A DNA stretch of 64,000 bases from Macrostomum lignano (Eukaryota). Below, in pieces: positions 9,891-20,620 of the stretch. The position numbers were made by a program, and so were the translations under genes. How positions within the stretch are numbered: position 1 is the first letter of the stretch; the number at the start of each line of letters is the position of its first letter. The DNA lies in contig NIVC01003676.1 in NCBI GenBank assembly GCA_002269645.1, positions 19,410 to 83,409 of the forward strand. The letters are read 5' to 3'. The notes under the pieces were generated by a model, which saw only the letters and a list, made by a program, of their open reading frames with translations, made no database searches and had not been told where the DNA came from.

Positions 9891-10969
9891 TATAATACTT
9901 ACGGTTAAAAGCACACCCGTAATATTTCTCAGTAAGTGATTTTTTGGCTAGTCCAGACTCCTAGCTTAAGGCGTCTTTGGAACTGACTAAGATCAGTAGG
10001 GGACCAGGGTAGGGAGGGATATCCCGATCAACATACGTGAACGTTACCAATCGTCTCTATCTCTCTTCCCCTTCCAAAAGTTTTTCAGGCGCCATATGTA
10101 CAATATTAAAAGTCTCCAGGATCGCAATTCAACTGTGCTTAGCAACGTCAATTACGAGAGCTCACAACATCACTCATCACTGTACAGTTAGAGATGATTG
10201 CTACTCAAAATGGCCTTCTTAACAAAGCAGCGGCCCCCTTACCCCATTCCAAAACCCGTCAAAGCTTAATATCAGTTTTACGCCAATTAGTTAAAATGTT
10301 TTTTATTATATCAGTTACCTTCTAAACCAGCCCACTCGACCACCATGCGAGAGTAACAGCTATATACTACAGAAAGAGCATTTTCTAGTAAAACAAATCA
10401 TTTTTACAGTTTAAATTTTCGGTTAAAGCGCGTTTCCGGTGCACTGAGTAAATTGGTTTAATAACACGGATAAAGTGAAATTACGATGTATAACTTTTTT
10501 ATAACTAGAATCAGTTGCCACTGACTTCGTTCGCAGGAACGAAGAATATTGCAATGTTTTCTTAGAAATTGTATTAAGAAGTAAATTTAATTTAACAGTT
10601 AAACTTTGCTGTTGAAGGAAGGAATAAGAGATACAAAAAGCAACAGACTCATACAGTGTGTGAAAAAGATTGGTGAATCGGGACACAGGTAGTTGCGTTA
10701 AGGTAGAAGCGCAAGACTGCACGGACAGCGGCAGGTTCAGATATGAATATAAAAGCAGGTAGCCGGGCTCAACCCTAAGGCTGCTTTCCCCGACGCTGAA
10801 ACCTCCGGCCCGAGTGCAAGTGCACTTTAAGCGGCATTGTCGCACAACCAGCGAGAGGCATTACTGCCCATTCTGCCAACTTCCCTGAGCAGGCACACAA
10901 GCGCGCGGATACGCACGCAGTCATACGCACAGGCACACACTCACACAGGAGTGTACAGCGGCCCTAACT

Positions 10970-11155
10970 TTATTTATCGTTAGGCATGTACACTTCACTG
11001 TGCCTTGGGGGTTGGCCCTCAAAGGCCGTTAATTGCACGAGCAAACTCAATCTGAGATTCCAATTTAGCCCCAAATTAATGTGACGCACTAGAAATCGAG
11101 CCTGGGCCGCTGGCACATCAGAGCGCCGAGCTAGACCACTGGACTACATCGACGG
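10970..11155 (-). mobile_element. tRNA-derived SINE candidate
   Basis: The minus strand reads GTCGATGTAGTCCAGTGGTCTAG (A-box-like) ... GGCTCGATTTC (B-box-like), then a body ending in an A-rich ATAAATAAAG tail. Confidence 0.5.
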
Positions 11156-11904
11156 AGGTGCATCGGTACAACATGGAGAATGCACGTAAGGAGCCCAAGC
11201 AGAAGCATGTAGCTAATAGGTCCCCACATCCGTAGGGAGCCTCAGAACTCCAAGACAGCCTACCATCTCTTATTATTCTTCACATATCGAGCCCAGTTAA
11301 TCCGTTTTGGAGTCTTCCTTCATCACTGAATGTAGAAGCCGTATGCCTCGAGCTCGCGCATGCACAGGTAATCACTGAGATGACTCAGTATGCGAACTTT
11401 GCTCCCAGTCATGCCGCACGTCACGTTTCTCATTTTGAAATGCTGCGTCACCTTTACGCCGTCCACTAGTATTTCAAAGTTTTCAACCGCTCCGGAGCGT
11501 GACCCAGCCTGTTGTACACGGTGACGTAAGCCACAACAGCCGTCTTGACTAGGTCAGCCCCTCCATTGGTGTGAATGCAGGAGCCACTATCGAAGTTCGA
11601 ATCCGCATTTCCGTCCATGTTATTAGTGCACAAGCCGCCATGGGCTACCGAATGTTGGCTGCAGTTGAATTGTAGCTTCTGAGGAGCTGAAGACGGCTTC
11701 ACGGTGTTATATACTTTCACGGTAACATTTTACAATTAACCATTACATATGCGAAAAAGTTCGTAGTGATTAAAACGCTCTCTGTGAATCGCCAGCACCA
11801 AGGGGCGTCAGCACCAATGATCAAAGCAAGAGTGAGAGATGTACAAACTACAGCCTTACAGGGACCACGAGCGCAACATTTGCTGTTGTTGCCGAAATGA
11901 GAGG

Positions 11905-11965
11905 ACAGCTACAGCTACTCTCTTTCTCTCTATCTCTCTCTCCCTCCCTCTCTCTCTCTCTCTCT

Positions 11966-12018
<53 letters not shown>

Positions 12019-12137
12019 TTCACTTGCCCTGGCGAAGAAATATAATAATTTCGAAATATCGGCAATTCAACTAAATTGACTTTGTTCAGTCCTTTCCACC
12101 GTGTCAGTGCCTGAGATTGGAGGTGCCCTCCTCTCTT

Positions 12138-12190
<53 letters not shown>
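11905..12190. repeat. Two (CT)n microsatellites (about 11915-12015 and 12130-12190)
   Basis: Direct read. Confidence 0.95.
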
Positions 12191-12192
<2 letters not shown>

Positions 12193-12245
12193 GTATATAA
12201 ATGGGTGCTTTGAAAAGAACGTTAGTGCACTAATAAACAACGTAC

Positions 12246-12572
12246 AGATGTGACACAAGCACTCACTAATAGACAACAGGTGTGACACACAAGCACTCAC
12301 TAATAGACAACAGGTGTGACACACAAGCACTCACTAATAGACAACAGGTGTGACACACAAGCACTCACTAATAGACAGCAGATGTGACACAAGCGCTCAC
12401 TAATAGAGATGTGACACACAAGCACTCACTAATAGACAACAGGTGTGACACACAAGCACTCACTAATAGACAACAGATGTGACACACAAGCACTCACTAA
12501 TAGACAACAGGTGTGACACACAAGCACTCACTAATAGACAACAGGTGTGACACACAAGCACTCATTAATAGA
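12246..12572. repeat. 34-bp minisatellite (CACTAATAGACAACAGGTGTGACACACAAGCACT), about 9-10 copies
   Basis: Direct read. Confidence 0.95.
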
Positions 12573-12812
12573 CATATTAGGAGTCGACTCGATAATCTCT
12601 TGCATGCTTACAGAGGCGTCACAAGGTGGGGTGGGGGAGACAAAGCATTGACATGTTTCTTATAGCTTTTGCTTTATCTGGGGGAGGGACATATCCCCCA
12701 GACCCCCCTCGGTGGCGACGCCTCAGCTCGCTTAATAACTACAATACATGTAGATAGTTTTTACGGATATTGTGCGGTAACGTTCTTTGTGGTATTTTAA
12801 AAGTTGTACACC

Positions 12813-14697
12813 ATTTTACCCTCGATTTTGAACAAGGAGAACTTCGAAACTGACAAACTCCTCTTCAATATTGACACTCTATGGTCGGGCACTCAAAATC
12901 TACAATCAATATTGACAGATCAAGCTTCATTTTTGACAAACTCTGGTTCAATTTTGACAATGCACGTTTAGTCAACTTCTCCTGGGAGAATTCGGTAACA
13001 AAGTAATCAAATGAAAGCCTGAACGGGGCTGAAGTGAGCTGTGCAATATCAGCTTATTCTGATTTTGCTTTTTGGATCTACAAGTATTGATAAAATTTAT
13101 TTTTCTCTATCCTTTACACACACAGACTAAAATAGCCTGACTGGTTGGGCTGTAAAGTCTGATTCTATTTTGACAGAGTTGCTTCAAAACTGACACTCTA
13201 TGGTTTGTGTACCCAAAAAGTCCGCTTCATTTTTGACAACTCCGAATCAATATTGAACAGTTAACAATCGATTTTGACTAAGACATTTTTTGAAATAGAT
13301 TTTGACAATTTTTACTAAGATTTCTCTCTTGAGGGGGGGGGGTACTTGCTATTTGGGGGGATGTTTGCTACCTGGATGATGCTTGCTATCTGCAAGATGC
13401 TTGCTATCTGGGTGGATGTTTGCTACCTGGATGATGCTTGCTATCTGCAAGATGCTTGCTATCTGGGGGATGCTTGCTATCTGCAAGATGCTTGCTATCT
13501 GGGGGATGCTTGCTATCTGGGGGATGCTTGCTATCTGGGGGATGCTTGCTATCTGGGGGATGCTTGCTATCTGGGGGATGCTTGCTATCTGCAAAATGCT
13601 TGCTATCTGGGGGATGCTTGCTATCTGCAAGATGCTTGCTATCTGGGTGCACGCTTGCTATCTGGGTGGATGCTTGCTATCTGCAGGATGCTTGCTATCT
13701 GGGTGGATGCTTGCTATCTGGGGGATGCTTGCTATCTGGGGGATGCTTGCTATCTGGGGGATGCTTGCTATCTGCAGGATGCTTGCTATCTGGGGGATGC
13801 TTGCTATCTGGGGGATGCTTGCTATCTGGGGGATGCTTGCTATCTGGGGGATGCTTGCTATCTGCAGGATGCTTGCTATCTGGGTGGATGCTTGCTATCT
13901 GGGGGATGCTTGCTATCTGGGGGATGCTTGCTGTCTGGGGGATGCTTGCTATCTGCAGGATGCTTGCTATCTGGGTGTATGCTTGCTATCTGGATGGATG
14001 CTTGCTATCTGGGTGTATGCTTGCTATCTTGGGATGTTAAATGACCGGTCTTTTGCTAGAGTCCCTTGAGAGAGCAGGGACTCTAGCAAGCATCCCTGGA
14101 TAGAAAGATTCCCATACATGTACTCGTAGATACATGCAGCCTGTACCCCCTCTCCCAAATAGCAAGTACCCCCCCCCTCAAGAGAGAAATCTTAGTAAAA
14201 ATTGTCAAAATCTATTTCAAAAAATGTCTTAGTCAAAATCGATTGTTAACTGTTCAATATTGATTCGGAGTTGTCAAAAATGAAGCGGACTTTTTGGGTA
14301 CACAAACCATAGAGTGTCAGTTTTGAAGCAACTCTGTCAAAATAGAATCAGACTTTACAGCCCAACCAGTCAGGCTATTTTAGTCTGTGTGTGTAAAGGA
14401 TAGAGAAAAATAAATTTTATCAATACTTGTAGATCCAAAAAGCAAAATCAGAATAAGCTGATATTGCACAGCTCACTTCAGCCCCGTTCAGGCTTTCATT
14501 TGATTACTTTGTTACCGAATTCTCCCAGGAGAAGTTGACTAAACGTGCATTGTCAAAATTGAACCAGAGTTTGTCAAAAATGAAGCTTGATCTGTCAATA
14601 TTGATTGTAGATTTTGAGTGCCCGACCATAGAGTGTCAATATTGAAGAGGAGTTTGTCAGTTTCGAAGTTCTCCTTGTTCAAAATCGAGGGTAAAAT
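12813..14697. mobile_element. Foldback-type element: inverted arms 12813-13357 and 14154-14697 around an asymmetric spacer
   Basis: The arms are exact reverse complements over the stretches compared, apart from a G10/C9 run. They contain recurring TTGACA sub-repeats. No ORF. Confidence 0.85.
13358..14035. repeat. 18-bp minisatellite (GGGGGATGCTTGCTATCT) filling the foldback spacer
   Basis: Direct read; it explains the repetitive ORFs at 13346-14069. Confidence 0.95.
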
Positions 14698-14744
14698 TAT
14701 GTAAAACAATATATATATAGAGATAGTAAAACTTTATCGCATTA

Positions 14745-14990
14745 AGATAGCAACAGATTAGCAGCAGATTAGCAACAGATTAGCAACAGATTAGTAACAG
14801 ATTAGCAACAGATTAGCAACAGATTAGCAACAGATTAGTAACAGATTAGCAACAGATTAGCAACAGATTAGCTACAGATTAGCAACAGATTAGCAACAGA
14901 TTAGCAACAGATTAGCAACAGATTAGCAACAGATTAGCTACAGATTAGCAACAGATTAGCAACAAATTAGCAACAAATTAGCAACAGATT
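14745..14990. repeat. 11-bp minisatellite (ACAGATTAGCA), about 22 copies
   Basis: Direct read. Confidence 0.95.
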
Positions 14991-15086
14991 ATCTTATTGT
15001 TATTTGAACTCCATTATTATAAATTTTGTTAGTACTTCGGCGCAAATCATCTCGTCTCACACTTATAGCCAAGACTTGCTGGCTTC

Positions 15087-18000
15087 TTAGTTGTTGTACA
15101 GAGCCAAAAGCTTGGCATCAGCGTTGCCGGCCACAGCAGCAAAGCTGCTCGGAATGACCGTTGACTGAAACAGCCAGCATTCGAGTGTGGCAGTCCTGAA
15201 CAGGACGAACAGGCAGTTGGTCAGCTGCGAGCAGCGCAGCAGGCATTCAATATCCGACCTCATTTGAGTCAGAGCAGCAATAAGGCTGGTCGATGTCATC
15301 GAATAGCTTGGTTGGATCGCATTGGCAACTTCGTTGTCCGGGACGGCTTAAAAATTATTATTGAATTATTAGAATCGATAGCTGATTTAAAATGAGGTAG
15401 AATGATGTTTCTGGAAAAAGTTTCAAAAATCTGTACATATGTAGCCATAGCAACTCTGGGGATCCCTTTATTACACACCGCTAGTCCTTTAAAAGTAGGC
15501 CGCATCACCATGGTGGTATTCCATGATAGCAAAATACCTCGGCATCTAGAGGTCAAAGAAAGTCAATCAATTTCTCTCACTTTGAGAAAAACCAAGAAGG
15601 ATTGGCCATGGACAATAAAGTTGGGCTTAATCATGGACTTCTATACTTAGCATCTGGACTGGAAGCGAAAAAATTCGCGTTACCACATGAGGCCATCAGA
15701 AATGTATTTAATTTTTTATCGCGAGGCAACGACGCAAATTCAAACTGATTAATTTCATTAATTATAATGAAATTAAATTATATACATGTAATTTAAAACG
15801 AATTACATATTAATTCGAATTATATACATGTTGTTATATATATTAGCAGTGTGCAGAGAAAAAGATGCATGTGTGCATATGTCACTTGAACAAATCGGTA
15901 AGAAACGAGAGTAGGCAGTATTAACAAAGGACTGAACAGCTTAGATGTGACACGAAAGCAGGTCAGTGGCGTGTCAGACAGATTGAAAAGCATCATCGAC
16001 ACAAATCAAAGTTGTTAGTATGAACTGCCACTGGAAAGTTTAGCCGACTTTCGCTTACTTTTGGCTCCAGCTCCACCAACCGAAATATCTTTGACCAAAT
16101 TTTTCATCATGCAGTTGAAAAATGCGCAAATAATTCCCTCTTTTACATCATGGCCAGCCGTGCACATCATCTGACCCATGAAATGTTCCAGGTAAATGCT
16201 GTCCTCCATCATCTCGTCAACAATGTGACAGAACAGTTACATCTGGTTGGGCGCGGTCAGCAGCCTTCTGCGCAGTTCATTGCTGATGATTTCTCTATGT
16301 TAGGCTCAGATGTGAAATGCAGTGAGCAGATGCGAGAGTACTTGGTGGGTTCAAAGTCCTTCCTCGGATTCGCCTTGTTCCATTTTCCAGTAGACTCGGC
16401 TTGTTAAGTGGATAACAATGAAACGTCATAATCCTGTCTGGTGTCGAACTATTAGCGAAGCCACTCCTGCAGCCGAATGCCGAACACTTATTCACCATAA
16501 TGGTTGGTTATTCGTAAGTGAGACTTTAGAATAACCGCATTGTCGAATTTCAGTGGGGCCGTAGACAAAAAGGGCATCGAAAGGAGAGAGGGGTTACCGA
16601 GGAGAGAGAGACATAAAGACTGAGGTGGTTTGCTGGAGTTTGGGCCATAGACAACGAAGTTGCAAACAGGCTGGGGGTTAAGAGGGTGGAAAGGAAGGAG
16701 ATGTGGAGAGAAAGAGAGAATAAAACGTAAATAGCTACATTCGCTTGGCCATGGAGAACCAGACGTCATATCCGATCAACTGGGGCAATCTGCCTGTCGA
16801 AAGTTTAGCCAACGTATCTAGCAGCGAACTCAATTGGATCTCAAGACTTTCCACATCTCAGAAGGACATGAAGGATAACGAAGACTTTTTGAACTTCTTG
16901 CACTTTCTTGAGACCTGGAATCGGCTGGGCATTCGATGAGCGAGATCATGGCTATCACGGGTCAAAAGTCCGAGAGCACGGTCCGGCGCTACCTGGCAGT
17001 TAAACGGGACAAGTCCCTGCAACAATGCAGCGATGCAGTGTCGCGTGCGTTGAACATGGGACAAAGCGCCGCGACCCACGGTCAAGTAACAATGCCTGCT
17101 GACATCAGCATCCAAAGTTCCATCGTGCAAGAAGCAGTGAGCGTGTCTGATGGTCGTCAGATGAACGGTCGGAATATCTTTATTATGAACAACTGCACTT
17201 TTAACAATTGCAATCTGTAATGGTCTTCGGCACTATGACAATTGCGCCATATTGATACTGCACAATTAACTTTCCATAGCGCTAATCTTTTGTTGTTGGT
17301 GTTTGCTGTTTTGTTCTAAAAATAGGTGTCCATTATCCCGAGTTTGAAATCATTATCCTGAAGTTTAAGTGAAAAAATAAATAAATGTGCTCATGGTTTA
17401 ACCATAGACGATTGCATTATCCTAAAGGCTGATTTATTTTGACAATGAAGGATATGCTTTCATTATGCAGAGTCAAATGAAGAAAGTGAGTTTAGTTGTA
17501 TTCGATATAAGCCGCAGCAGTTTTTGATAAATGCATATCTATGGAAACAATTGGCCTCATGTGGTAATTTTTTTTGCGAGAATTTTTTCGCTTCCAGTCC
17601 AGATGCTAAGTATAGAAGTCCATAGCTTAATGATAGAACAAAGTACATTATCTGAAAATACCAGCTTTATTATTAGCCATAGACTATAAGCTGCTGTAGC
17701 ATTTCATAAAAAAATAAGCGCACCTCAAATGAAATACATACTTCATTCATTCACTTGATCCCGATCTTAAATTTTAAATTCGATTCTTTCAAATATCCTA
17801 CTTACCCACGTAGACGTCAACCTCGCAGAAATTGAAGTAGGCCTGAGTGATAGCGGTCAGACCAGTTCGATTCTTGTACAGAGCCAGGTAGCGACCAACG
17901 ACAGGGGACGGGCAGGTCAGGCTGATAGGATTTGTAGCATCGGTGGGCGCTCCAGTAAAGTAGAAACAACGTTTGAATAGGTTCTCGCTGAAGCTGGACC

Positions 18001-19021
18001 AAGCGGCCGCGTCCGATGATATGCCTGCGAGTGGCAGGAGAATTTCGGTGAGCTAAAGCTGGTTGCAAATTTTTTATGGAGCATGGATTAAGATAGCAGA
18101 ATTTTCCTAACAATGAGTCCTCTTGTGTATCAAAAATACAAATAAGTGATCTGTGATCCGATTTACCTGAAACCCTAATGTCCGTAGTTCTAGGAACTGT
18201 AATCCTGAGAGCCGTAATCTTGTGAAATGTAATCCCAAGAACTTATAATCCTGAGAATTTATAATCCTGAGAACTGTAATCCTGAGAACTGTAATCCTGA
18301 GAACTGTAACCCTGAGAACTGTAATCCTGAGAACTGTGAAAGCCTGAAAATTGAGGATCTGAGGACTAAAATCCTTAGATACCGTAACGAGTACTATGAT
18401 CCTGGAAGCAATACCATCATTAGTTCTAGAAAACTTTCCTAGAAAGAAATCAATACAGCCTGGAAAAGCGGCTCAACTCACTCACCAAGGCTAATCTGGG
18501 TAAACCGAACCTCGTCCGTGCTATCCAGTCGGTTCCAGACATTGACCCCGGCGATTCGGTAGGACTGCAGCAGGTCCAGCATCCACCAGGGCACCGTGTC
18601 GCTGCCGGAGTTCAACACGCACTGAGCGGCGTCCACGTAATGCCCATCAGTGTTGCCATTGTAGGCCAGCTCAGCAGACTGCCCAGACGTGTGCTGGGAC
18701 GAGATTTTTGCCGGCAGAAACTTCGGCATCAGGACGCTTCGACCTGGGCGTTGGGACGAGTTGTGTGTCTAAGAGTTATGAACTTCTAGACTAAAAAGTC
18801 ATGCAAGCTCGCGACTCGATAGACTTAGAATCCACGGAGAGTATCAACATGTATAATCCTATATGCTAAAAATGAGTTTTTGTATGTATGTAGCTATTCT
18901 CATTTACATCCTCAAAAGCGATGCAACAACTAGGTAAATGTAAACTAACTATAAACTCACCGTCCAGACGGACGAAAAGAAGATTTAACAAAGTAAACAG
19001 AAGCAGAATGGATTTCTCCAT
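15087..19021 (-). CDS. Secreted F-type lectin (fucolectin/FTP) + PAN/apple protein, about 265 aa; exons 18961-19021, 18486-18743, 17806-18024, 15087-15346
   Basis: All three introns are GT-AG and phase 1, and the summed length is 798 nt. Signal peptide MEKSILLLFTLLNLLFVRLDG; FTP motifs AYNGN, PWWMLDL, V.VWNRLD, C..PVVGRYL and FCEVDVY; PAN pattern IECLLRCSQLTNC..VLF.....ECWL. Confidence 0.82.
16015..16498 (-). pseudogene. Internally deleted THAP9/P-type transposase: THAP domain joined to a C-terminal fragment
   Basis: MVNKCSAFGC..FHCYP; restoring one A in the run near 16383 gives EKWNKANPRKDFEPTKYSRICSLHF (C2CH). Then C..GH....I...FFN..MKN tail. The catalytic core is absent. Confidence 0.8.
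16745..17220 (+). pseudogene. Crypton/DUF3504-like tyrosine recombinase remnant (recognisable C-terminus 16912-17220)
   Basis: LESAGHSMSEIMAITGQKSESTVRRY matches the YR box II pattern AG....IM..TGHKS.....Y (His to Gln), with a Crypton-like NNCTFN tail. Most of the core is missing. Confidence 0.65.
18190..18350. repeat. 15-bp minisatellite (GAGAACTGTAATCCT) in lectin intron 2
   Basis: Direct read. Confidence 0.85.
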
Positions 19022-19544
19022 GACGAATATTTCTCAATGAGCAGGGGATGCAATTAGAGCTGAGTTGGGCTGTCCGTCTATCAGCCAAAAGAGAAGGGTA
19101 GGCTCAGTTTTATCAGTTTAAGTTTTAGCTTTAGTGTAGATTTTACTGTCAGGGCCTCATTAATCATAGAGGGTGGCTGCGACTCCTCATAAACTGAAAA
19201 AGCTCTAAGGCTCCCTAACCCCACACTGCCGGTTGAATGTCCCCCCCCCCTCCACAGAACTTGCATATAGAATATAGAGGCCTTATATTGTTTTTCTGGA
19301 CCAAAGTAGTAGAATTAAAAGCCTTGCTATATAATTGGATATCTCTACCTGAGCGGCTGTATCTGACAATGTATCCGTAAGCCAGCCTAGCCTAATCAAT
19401 ATTTTATGGATTTGATTCTGGAAGGACGGAGTTTTAGTCCATTCATCCAAACAATTGCTGCATTGCCTACTTTTTTGAAATATTTTATAGCTTGCTTTTT
19501 CACTGAAAATTTGTAAAGTAGCTAAGGAGACACAGAGCTAATAA

Positions 19545-19730
19545 AAGTAAGCTATGTAGCTAATAAAAGTAAGCTATGGAGCTAACAAGAGTAAGCTATG
19601 GAGCTAACAAGAGTAAGCTATGGAGCTAACAAGAGTAAGCTATGGAGCTAACAAGAGTAAGCTATGGAGCTAACAAGAGTAAACTATGCGAGCTAACAAG
19701 AATAAGCTATGCGCTAACAAGAGTAAGCTA
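19545..19730. repeat. 22-bp minisatellite (GAGCTAACAAGAGTAAGCTATG), about 8 copies
   Basis: Direct read. Confidence 0.92.
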
Positions 19731-19949
19731 TGAAGTTTACAACAGTGATAAAATCTATGAGGCTTACATGGCTTTGTTTAATCCTTATAACAAACTGGTT
19801 TGCGTGGTAGCAAGTTATAGAAGCTTTTATGCTCAGCAGAGTTTACTTGGAATATAGTAATTATTTGCTGCTATCACCACACCCAGTCCACTCATCTGTG
19901 GACCAGCACCAGCGCTGGTATTAGGAACCAATCGAACAGCCTGGTTCTC

Positions 19950-20620
19950 GGTCCCGGCCTTCTCAGTCAAGCCAGGAACAGTCTCAGTCTCCACTGGTTC
20001 ACATGAGCCGTTGTTAATCGCAGGCAGGTCAGCTGCAGTCAGCAGAGCAGAGGGCGCTGAACGATAAACTTGGCTGAAATCGAAGCAGTGCCAGGTTGAG
20101 AACTCAACCAGATTGATTCGCCCACTTGCTCGGTCATGGTCAGCGGGTGGCGTAGGCGGCGACCCCACATGAGGATGTCCGGCGAGCCCGAGCGGTCCCC
20201 GCTAGGCCTACTGGTGCGATTCGAACAGCAGCTTTTGGAGAAACTATAATCGAATAGAAAGACTTTCATCCATGTGTTCAAACCGCTTTACAGACTTCTC
20301 ACCAACCACTTAGCCTGTCCGTTCGATGCAGGATGATAAGGCGGGATGTGCACCTTCTGGCATCCTACACTTTTCAGCCAATGCGACACTCTCTCCGACC
20401 TAAATTCAGGCGCATTAAGATCAGAGTGCAGCAGGAACTTGCGCTTGGCCATCGCTCCCTGGAGGCTTAAAACTAACTCCAGGTTCGATAAGCCGGCGTG
20501 TGGTTTCGGCTGCCTTACGGCGGACGAAAATGTCCTGGGGCGTGAGGCAGAGGAAGGCATTGAGGCCGTCAAAGGGAGCAGAGAGCGCGCGAGGCATTCA
20601 GAGTCATGCGACACGCGCGT
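19950..20620 (-). mobile_element. Decayed Ty3/gypsy integrase fragment
   Basis: HSD.NAPEFRS...PPYHPASNGQAKWLVRSL and, in a shifted frame, SPDILMWGRRLRHPL; stops and frameshifts present. Confidence 0.8.

Larger units (their letters stand above)
15632..17624. mobile_element. Non-autonomous P-superfamily DNA transposon with about 60-bp TIRs and a 7-bp TSD (GCTTAAT), inside lectin intron 3
   Basis: TIRs at 15632-15695 and 17552-17624 (CATGGACTTCTATACTTAGCATCTGGACTGGAAGCG...); GCTTAAT at 15625-15631 and 17625-17631; internal THAP remnant. Confidence 0.85.

Noticed and set aside
13346-14069. Multiple 200+ aa ORFs on both strands
   Set aside because: They derive from the 18-bp array in the foldback spacer.
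17403-17545. Nested mini P-like element (CATAGAC...TCTATG)
   Set aside because: The inverted match is weak and there is no target duplication.
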